NCBI GenBank assembly: GCA_046536775.1
Contig: JAWDMD010000031.1
Coordinates: 1 to 5,115, forward strand
DNA from: Candidatus Nanopusillus sp.
GTDB lineage: Archaea > Nanobdellota > Nanobdellia > Nanobdellales > Nanobdellaceae
Direction of reading: 5' to 3'
DNA length: 5,115 nucleotides
The notes beneath the pieces were generated by a model. The model saw only the letters and a program-made list of their open reading frames with translations. It was not told the DNA's origin and did not search any database. Of the stretch, positions 1 through 4,567 are shown one piece after another. Numbering within the stretch: the first letter of the stretch is position 1; every line of letters begins with the position of its first letter. The position numbers were made by a program, and so were the translations under genes.

Positions 1-216
1 ATTACTTGTTTGAAATTCTATATGTAGTATTGAGTTATCTTCAAGCTCTAAAAGTAAATCCACCCTTCTTTCTTTTGTGCTTGGAAACGCTGAGTTCAAA
101 ACACGTTTGTAGTTTTTACCTATTATCATTCTTATAAATGCGCTTTCTGAAAAAGATGGAATTATATCTCTTATTGTGATATCTATCTTCTGAGGATGTT
201 TATTCTCTTGATCCAT
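1..216 (-). CDS. Rpn/YhgA-like PD-(D/E)XK nuclease / putative transposase family protein, first 72 codons only (gene continues beyond the left window edge)
   Basis: Absent from the supplied track because it has no stop inside the window. The reverse complement of 216..1 is an uninterrupted frame from ATG (216..214): MDQENKHPQKIDITIRDIIPSFSESAFIRMIIGKNYKRVLNSAFPSTKERRVDLLLELEDNSILHIEFQTSN. The block RRVDLLLEL..NSILHIEFQ is the Asp ... Glu-x-Gln nuclease core I associate with Rpn/YhgA-type (transposase_31-like) proteins. The family call rests on that motif alone. There is no Shine-Dalgarno upstream. Confidence 0.5.
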   Translation of the reverse strand, partial: MDQENKHPQKIDITIRDIIPSFSESAFIRMIIGKNYKRVLNSAFPSTKERRVDLLLELEDNSILHIEFQTSN

Positions 217-228
217 AACTTAAGTAAA

Positions 229-237
229 ATTATATCA
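229..237 (-). promoter_or_regulatory. Candidate extended -10 element (TGATATAAT on the minus strand) for the Rpn-like gene
   Basis: The reverse complement of 237..229 reads TGATATAAT. Only 12 nt separate it from the ATG at 216..214, implying a leader of about 5 nt (near-leaderless). That fits the lack of an SD. Confidence 0.3.
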
Positions 238-324
238 CTCTTTGTATAAGTCTATATAAAGCATAGAAAGAGAGGTTTGTCATATTTGAGATAAGTGTTT
301 TCTTAAAAGAAAATAATATCACGA

Positions 325-396
325 CAAGTCTGCCACAATCCACAAGTATACCACGATAAACAAGTCTGCCACGATCCACAAGTCTACCACGGTTTA
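325..396. repeat. Four head-to-tail 18-bp direct repeats (iteron/operator-like array)
   Basis: Units: 325..342 caagtctgccacaatcca, 343..360 caagtataccacgataaa, 361..378 caagtctgccacgatcca, 379..396 caagtctaccacggttta. The period is exactly 18 bp and the conserved core is CAAGT(C/A)T(G/A)CCAC. Units 1 and 3 are 17/18 identical; units 2 and 4 are 14/18 identical to unit 3. A fifth core copy (aagtctgccgc) occurs at 4188..4198 in the right-hand flanking repeat. Confidence 0.85.
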
Positions 397-451
397 TATG
401 TCTACGATGTATTGAACTTGTGCAATTTTTTATAAATAAATATGATATAAT
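380..451. repeat. Left copy of the ~70-bp imperfect direct repeat bracketing the cassette (candidate attL / duplicated rpsT promoter region)
   Basis: 380..424 aligns without gaps to 4188..4232 (offset 3808) with 41/45 identities. Mismatches are at 386, 389, 398 and 402, and all are transitions. Similarity continues with small indels through TATAAAT (431..437 vs 4237..4243) to the TGnTATAAT element (443..451 vs 4248..4256). Confidence 0.85.
443..451 (+). promoter_or_regulatory. Candidate extended -10 promoter (TGATATAAT) for the three-ORF cassette
   Basis: Perfect TGnTATAAT at 443..451, about 78 nt upstream of the first ORF. TTGAAC at 412..417 is -35-like but lies 28 nt from the -10, so it is probably not used as a -35. 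The homologous element sits upstream of rpsT at 4248..4256. Confidence 0.45.
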
Positions 452-529
452 AAGTCATAGGAGAGTAGATTAATTATTAAGTTTTAAAAGTAGTTGAAAT
501 AAACAGATAGGAATAAAAGGAGTGAAGTT

Positions 530-604
530 ATGGGAAAACCTTATAAGACTTTGAAATTGATTTCTTACTTTCACAATAAGCAGATCAGATTTTTAAAGGT
601 GTGA
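530..604 (+). CDS. Hypothetical 24-aa basic peptide (possible leader peptide or small subunit)
   Basis: ATG 530..532 to TGA 602..604 encodes MGKPYKTLKLISYFHNKQIRFLKV. It is preceded by AAGGAG (517..522) with 7-nt spacing, which is a better SD than that of the following ORF. Its stop lies 12 nt before the next start. It is too short for composition or homology arguments. Confidence 0.3.
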   Translation: MGKPYKTLKLISYFHNKQIRFLKV

Positions 605-616
605 AGGGGTGAAAAT

Positions 617-916
617 ATGCCTACTGAAATAATATTAATTGTTATCTTGATTTTATTATTAATTTCAATTGCTTTAAATATTACTACTTACTTGAAACTT
701 GAGAAAAACAAAAGTTTAATACTAGAAGAGATGTCAAATCGTCACAAAGAGGTATCAAATCACAACAATATGATTCAAACCGCAATGAACCAAGCGTTTT
801 TAGATCTAGATAAAAAGATAGAGCGACATGAAAATGAAATCAAAGAACTTGAGGAAAAAATTGAGCATATTATAAAACTTCTTAAAGAGCCATTAACAGA
901 GGAAGATTTAAGATGA
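617..916 (+). CDS. Hypothetical small membrane-anchored coiled-coil protein (99 aa)
   Basis: ORF from the track. SD-like AAGGGGTG lies at 604..611, 5 nt before the ATG. The N-terminus EIILIVILILLLISIALNITTYL is one hydrophobic helix. The remainder is charged, heptad-like sequence (KKIERHENEIKELEEKIEHIIKLLKE). Stop TGA 914..916 overlaps ATG 913..915 of the helicase gene (ATGA). I do not recognise a family. Confidence 0.7.
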   Translation: MPTEIILIVILILLLISIALNITTYLKLEKNKSLILEEMSNRHKEVSNHNNMIQTAMNQAFLDLDKKIERHENEIKELEEKIEHIIKLLKEPLTEEDLR

Positions 917-1794
917 ATGATAAACAATATATCTTAGATTATCTTGGATATTTAAAAGAGTTAAGTAGAAAAATCGGTGTTGGAGTTGATTTTGGAAATC
1001 TTGTTAAATCTAAACCAAGAAATAAAAATCTTGAAAATACTTTTTTCTACTTTGATAAAAACTTAGACATAGGAGAAATTTATAGAATTGACATAGGAGA
1101 AATTTATAGAGCTAATAAAGAAGTAGATGGAAAATTATATTGGTACTTAAGGCAAAAGCTTATAGAAATTAATAATTCAAATCAAGCAATATTTTTAGGT
1201 ATTGGATTATTAAAATATGTAATAAAAGAGAATGGAAGTTATACCAATAAAGCCTTTGGACCTATTTTTATAGTTAACTTAGATATAGAAGAAGATAAGG
1301 AAGGTAAAAGTATATCTATTTATTTTGAAAACTCATATATAAATTATGATCTTTTTAATAACATATCTGAAAATTTAGAAGATAACGAAAACTCTATCCA
1401 ATTAGAACAAGCAGTATACTTTATAAAAACCTTAGAAGAAAAACTTGAAGAAACAAATAATTTGCTTGGTTTAAAGACTCTTGCAAAAGAAGCTATTTTG
1501 AAAATTCCTGAAGCATTTAACATTAAAATTGAACAAGACATTACAATAGAAAACAAAAATGTAGAAGAGATATTTGATAAAAAAGAAAGCGTTTATTTAG
1601 ATAGAAATTATTTTTTTGTCAATAACTTTCCTTCTGAACTATCAACTTACAAATCTTTAGAATTGTTAATTCAAGAAATAAATGAAGAAGGAGATTTTAA
1701 AAACAGCACACTAAAAAAACTTTTTGTATCAGCCTTTGAAGAAAAGATTAACTTAGAGAAAGTTGACAATTTTAAACTTGAAGACTATGAATAT
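913..1794 (+). other. N-terminal region of the 1087-aa protein, tentatively DUF4011-like
   Basis: aa 93-126 read IFLGIGLLKYVIKENGSYTNKAFGPIFIVNLDIE. This resembles the pattern (hydrophobic-G-x-L-x-W/Y ... A/G-P-L/I-hydrophobic-x-P/N-V/L-x-L) that I remember from the DUF4011 domain preceding AAA_11/AAA_12 helicase cores. PRNKNLEN (aa 35-42) is loosely reminiscent of its RNxLLN motif. This is recognition from memory only. Confidence 0.35.
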
Positions 1795-4176
1795 TTAACT
1801 CCTTTGCAACTTTCAGAAAGTCAGAAAAAAGCTCTTGAGAATGCTATAAATTACGAAATTTCTTATATACAAGGACCTCCGGGAACTGGTAAAAGCCATA
1901 CTATAACTGCATTGGCTTTATTGTCTATTTTACTTGATAAAAAAATTCTAATCGTTTCTCAAAAACCACCGGCTATTAAGGTTCTGTTTGAAAAGTTAAC
2001 AGAAATTTTAGAAAAAAATAACATTATTCCGTTTATTTATTACTATGATGAGCACAAAAGAAAAATGAAGGAAAATGTAGGAGCTGTTGAGAGATTAAAT
2101 ATAAAAGACGATTTAGAAGAAAGATTAAGATACTTGGAAGAAAGAGCAATAGATTACATTAATGAGTTAAAAGAATTAGAGAAAAATTATAAAAAATATC
2201 TTGCATTGGAAAATAAATATTACTCTATAAGAAAAGATTTGAATGATGAAGTCAAGTTTTTTGAGGGAGGATTTTTTAATATCAAAAATTACCTCAATCA
2301 CTTAAAATGCATAGAAATTGAAGAGCTAAATCTTCATAAAAATACTTTTAAAGTATTAGAAGGATATGGAAATACAAGACTTTTGCAGTTAAGAAAAGTA
2401 TTTCTTTATAGATTTTTAAAAAACTATCACAAAGAGCTTGAGCTTAAGAAATTTTTAAATATTAGCCAATCTTTATTCTTAGATTCTCTGATAAAAATAA
2501 TTTATGATTATAATAAAATTCAAGATACAAAAAGTAAGATTTTATCATTTGGAGATATACAGAATTTAGTCAATCGGATAAACCATATAAAAAGCCAATT
2601 AATGCAAGTTTCAAAAGAGTTAGTAAATTTAAAGCTATTACTTAAGATTTATGAAAATGCACAAAAATATAAAAATAATTTAGCCAAATTTAAGAATGTT
2701 TTTCATTGGGTAAAAGATCGTTTATTAAAGAATGTACAAGAAAAAGTTAATTATGAAAATATTTTGGAAATTTTTAATATTTGGATTGTAGATATTCCAA
2801 ACGTAGACAGAATACTACCTATGAAGCCAAACTTATTTGATATCGTTGTAGTTGATGAATCCTCTCAGGTAAATTTAGCTCAAATAATTCCGGTATTTTA
2901 TAGAGGTAAGCATATTTGTGTAGTTGGAGACCATAAACAGCTAAGCCTTGAGGCTACAGGTTTAGGATTTTCTATTGGTGGAAAACTTGATAGGTATACA
3001 TGGGAAAAATTTAAACCAAATAAGATAGATTATGAACAAGCAAAAAGAAGAGATTTAATATTAACAAAATCTTCTATTTTAGATTTTCTAGTTTCAGATG
3101 ATTCTGATAAAGATTCGAACAGAGAATCTTTTAACTACATAAGCGCAGAAGCTCAAAGTATGTTAAACGAACATTTTAGGTCAGTTTATCCTTCGGCAAG
3201 TTTTACTTCAAAGAAATTTTATGAAAATAAGATTTATATTATGACAAAAAATCCGAATTTAGAAGATAAAGCATTTAAAAGTATCAAAGTTAACGGTAAA
3301 AGGCATTTAAAATTTAATGTTGTTGAAGAAGAAATAGATGAAGTTTTTAAAATTATTAAAAGTCTAAAAAGAAATAGAAGATATGAGGACGTTGTTTTAC
3401 CAGATTATGTTCCAGAAAATTTTTCAATAGGGGTATTATCATTTACAAGGGATCAAGTGGTGAGGTTGAAGATTAGAAGTTATGCAAACAGTTATGAAGA
3501 TATATTCATAGGAACGCCAGAAGAATTTCAAGGTCATGAGAAAGATGTAATGATTATATCACTTGCTTTGGATGAGACATGCACAAGAAGTAAAAACCAT
3601 TATGAAAATAAAAATAGATTTAATGTTGCTACAAGTAGAGCAAAATATTTTACGTTTTTAGTTTATGGTGGAATTCCTGAAAACTTCCATTTGACTAAGG
3701 AATACATAGCACACTTTGAAAGTATAGAAAATATAGATAGAAAAGACATTGATACAGAAAATGCTTGCTTTGACAAATCTAAATTTGACTCAGAATTAGA
3801 GGAATTTGTTTATAATTATTTAAAAGATATAGTAAACGAGATAAATAAAAATTACCACTCAGATATAAGAATATACAATCAATATGAAACTTGTGGTTAT
3901 AGATTGGATTTTGTATTGCATAATAGAAAAAACAAAAAATTTATTGCATTGGAAGTTGATGGACCATACCATTATGAAATGGCAGGTTTACAAAATATTA
4001 ATTATGCTGATTGGCATATAGAAAGAGCAGAAAGGTTAAAAAGAGCTGGGTGGAAAATAATTCATACACCATATTATAGGTGGTATATTAACGGATGGTT
4101 AGATTCAAGCAATCCTATTATGAGAGAAGAGTTAGAAAGAATTAAAAAGGAACTAGTAGAAAACTTAACCACTTAA
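913..4176 (+). CDS. DUF4011-like / Upf1-DNA2-like SF1 helicase / Vsr-DUF559-like PD-(D/E)XK nuclease fusion protein (Hhe-like candidate defence effector, 1087 aa)
   Basis: 3264-nt ORF with SD GAGGA at 899..903. Helicase motifs: Q-like LSESQKKAL (aa 300-308), Walker A GPPGTGKS (aa 321-328, nt 1873..1896), Walker B VVVDESSQ (aa 645-652, nt 2845..2868), motif III VVGDHKQL (aa 670-677), motif IV-like LNEHFRSVYP (aa 751-760), motif V TPEEFQGHEKDVMIISL (aa 868-884), motif VI NRFNVATSRAK (aa 901-911). C-terminus: GYRLDFVL...FIALEVDGPYHY...ADWHIERAERLKRAGWKIIH, which is the DUF559/Vsr-like signature. Confidence 0.95.
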   Translation: MNDKQYILDYLGYLKELSRKIGVGVDFGNLVKSKPRNKNLENTFFYFDKNLDIGEIYRIDIGEIYRANKEVDGKLYWYLRQKLIEINNSNQAIFLGIGLLKYVIKENGSYTNKAFGPIFIVNLDIEEDKEGKSISIYFENSYINYDLFNNISENLEDNENSIQLEQAVYFIKTLEEKLEETNNLLGLKTLAKEAILKIPEAFNIKIEQDITIENKNVEEIFDKKESVYLDRNYFFVNNFPSELSTYKSLELLIQEINEEGDFKNSTLKKLFVSAFEEKINLEKVDNFKLEDYEYLTPLQLSESQKKALENAINYEISYIQGPPGTGKSHTITALALLSILLDKKILIVSQKPPAIKVLFEKLTEILEKNNIIPFIYYYDEHKRKMKENVGAVERLNIKDDLEERLRYLEERAIDYINELKELEKNYKKYLALENKYYSIRKDLNDEVKFFEGGFFNIKNYLNHLKCIEIEELNLHKNTFKVLEGYGNTRLLQLRKVFLYRFLKNYHKELELKKFLNISQSLFLDSLIKIIYDYNKIQDTKSKILSFGDIQNLVNRINHIKSQLMQVSKELVNLKLLLKIYENAQKYKNNLAKFKNVFHWVKDRLLKNVQEKVNYENILEIFNIWIVDIPNVDRILPMKPNLFDIVVVDESSQVNLAQIIPVFYRGKHICVVGDHKQLSLEATGLGFSIGGKLDRYTWEKFKPNKIDYEQAKRRDLILTKSSILDFLVSDDSDKDSNRESFNYISAEAQSMLNEHFRSVYPSASFTSKKFYENKIYIMTKNPNLEDKAFKSIKVNGKRHLKFNVVEEEIDEVFKIIKSLKRNRRYEDVVLPDYVPENFSIGVLSFTRDQVVRLKIRSYANSYEDIFIGTPEEFQGHEKDVMIISLALDETCTRSKNHYENKNRFNVATSRAKYFTFLVYGGIPENFHLTKEYIAHFESIENIDRKDIDTENACFDKSKFDSELEEFVYNYLKDIVNEINKNYHSDIRIYNQYETCGYRLDFVLHNRKNKKFIALEVDGPYHYEMAGLQNINYADWHIERAERLKRAGWKIIHTPYYRWYINGWLDSSNPIMREELERIKKELVENLTT
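1066..1113 (+). repeat. In-frame 24-bp tandem duplication inside the helicase gene
   Basis: gacataggagaaatttataga at 1066..1086 is repeated perfectly at 1090..1110. The third-to-last codon block differs (att vs gct). It encodes DIGEIYRI-DIGEIYRA (aa 52-67). Confidence 0.9.
1795..3663 (+). other. SF1B (Upf1/DNA2/NAM7-like, AAA_11 + AAA_12 type) helicase core
   Basis: All canonical motifs are present in the correct order (see the CDS entry). The GPPGTGKS, DExxQ, GDxxQL, FQGxExD and NVAxSRAK combination is characteristic of Upf1-like SF1 helicases rather than UvrD/Rep-like ones. Confidence 0.85.
3787..4110 (+). other. C-terminal Vsr/DUF559-like (MTES_1575-type) PD-(D/E)XK endonuclease domain
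   Basis: The candidate catalytic constellation is intact: D999 (nt 3907..3909, in RLDF), E1014 and D1016 (nt 3952..3960, in LEVDG) and H1020. It is followed by D-x3-R-x3-L-x3-G-W-x-I-I (aa 1033-1050), typical of DUF559. Confidence 0.75.
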
Positions 4177-4187
4177 CTAAGCTCTAT

Positions 4188-4256
4188 AAGTCTGCCGCGG
4201 TTTATGTGTTTACGATGTATTGAACTTGTGCATTTGTATAAATTGTTTGTTATAAT
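4188..4256. repeat. Right copy of the ~70-bp imperfect direct repeat (candidate attR / native rpsT promoter region)
   Basis: See the left copy. It starts 12 nt after the helicase stop codon and ends 29 nt before the rpsT ATG. It contains one copy of the 18-bp repeat core (aagtctgccgc). Confidence 0.85.
4248..4256 (+). promoter_or_regulatory. Candidate extended -10 promoter (TGTTATAAT) of rpsT
   Basis: TGnTATAAT at 4248..4256, with a second overlapping TATAAT at 4256..4261. It lies 29 nt upstream of the rpsT ATG. The SD AAAGGAGGT is at 4272..4280. Confidence 0.5.
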
Positions 4257-4285
4257 ATAATATTAATTTTTAAAGGAGGTTTTAG

Positions 4286-4567
4286 ATGCCCAACAAAAGA
4301 CAGGCTGCTAAAAGAGCTAGAAGAGATGAAAGAAGAAGAGAGATAAATGCGTTGCACGTATCAAGGATGAAAACTGCCATAAGGAATTTTAAGAAACTCA
4401 TACAAGCCAAAGATTTGGAAACCGCCAAAGCCAAACTTCCTTTTGTGGTAAGTATGATCCAGCACGCAGCCGCTAAGGGTTCTATACACAAAAACGAAGC
4501 GGCCAGAAGAGTCTCAAGAGTTACACAGCTTTTAAACAAGGCTTTGGCATCCAATGAGCAAAAATAA
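4286..4567 (+). CDS. rpsT: 30S ribosomal protein S20
   Basis: 93-aa product MPNKRQAAKRARRDERRREINALHVSRMKTAIRNFKK...AAKGSIHKNEAARRVSRVTQLLNK. It matches the conserved S20 pattern (AKKRA..E.RR..N....S..KT.IK ... AAKG.IHKN.AAR). There is a strong SD with 5-nt spacing. G+C is higher than in the upstream cassette. Confidence 0.95.
   Translation: MPNKRQAAKRARRDERRREINALHVSRMKTAIRNFKKLIQAKDLETAKAKLPFVVSMIQHAAAKGSIHKNEAARRVSRVTQLLNKALASNEQK

Noticed and set aside
298-313. Inverted repeat ttttctt-aa-aagaaaa considered as a terminator for the Rpn-like or cassette transcripts
   Set aside because: The stem is A/T-only apart from a single G:C pair, the loop is only 2 nt, and no flanking T-run follows on either strand. 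It also lies upstream of both divergent genes, so it cannot terminate either transcript.
325-396. 18-bp tandem repeats considered as a CRISPR array
   Set aside because: The units are contiguous with no spacers. 18 bp is shorter than known CRISPR repeats, and the units are degenerate rather than identical.
380-424. Flanking repeat core considered as a tRNA/tmRNA 3'-end derived att site
   Set aside because: There is no T-arm-like GGTTCGAATCC motif, no acceptor-stem complementarity and no CCA context. The sequence overlaps promoter-like elements instead.
456-464. 9-mer cataggaga in the 5' UTR, recurring at 1068..1076 and 1092..1100
   Set aside because: The two intragenic copies are explained by the 24-bp duplication. 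A single additional 9-mer match between an ~80-nt UTR and 5 kb of AT-rich DNA is expected by chance.
1344-1556. 70-aa ORF on the minus strand from the track
   Set aside because: It lies entirely antisense to the motif-supported helicase gene. It has no SD, and its product is low-complexity Ser/Phe/Lys-rich sequence typical of a shadow frame in AT-rich coding DNA.
1611-1617. T7 homopolymer inside the helicase gene considered as a phase-variation or programmed frameshift site
   Set aside because: Runs of this length are expected by chance at this AT content. The reading frame is intact through it, and no alternative frame of meaningful length opens downstream.
2410-2430. RFLKNYH (aa 500-506) in the helical insertion matches the Rx4-6H pattern of HEPN RNases
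   Set aside because: A single short pattern match in a 1087-aa protein is expected by chance, and I cannot verify any surrounding HEPN-like conservation by eye. It would need a profile or structure search.
4195-4200. CCGCGG palindrome, the most G/C-rich hexamer in the spacer
   Set aside because: It arises from a single transition relative to the left repeat copy (ccacgg). There is no evidence of function beyond being part of the repeat core.
4282-4554. 90-aa ORF on the minus strand from the track
   Set aside because: It is antisense to rpsT, whose product is unmistakably S20. The Ala/Leu/Cys-rich product is a mirror-frame artefact.
4554-4567. 14-nt out-of-frame overlap between the rpsT 3' end and the TPR gene start
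   Set aside because: Short gene overlaps are common in compact bacterial genomes. The alternative in-frame start (GTG at codon 19) would remove the N-terminal half of the TM helix and leave no basic N-terminus, so the overlap is probably real but unremarkable.
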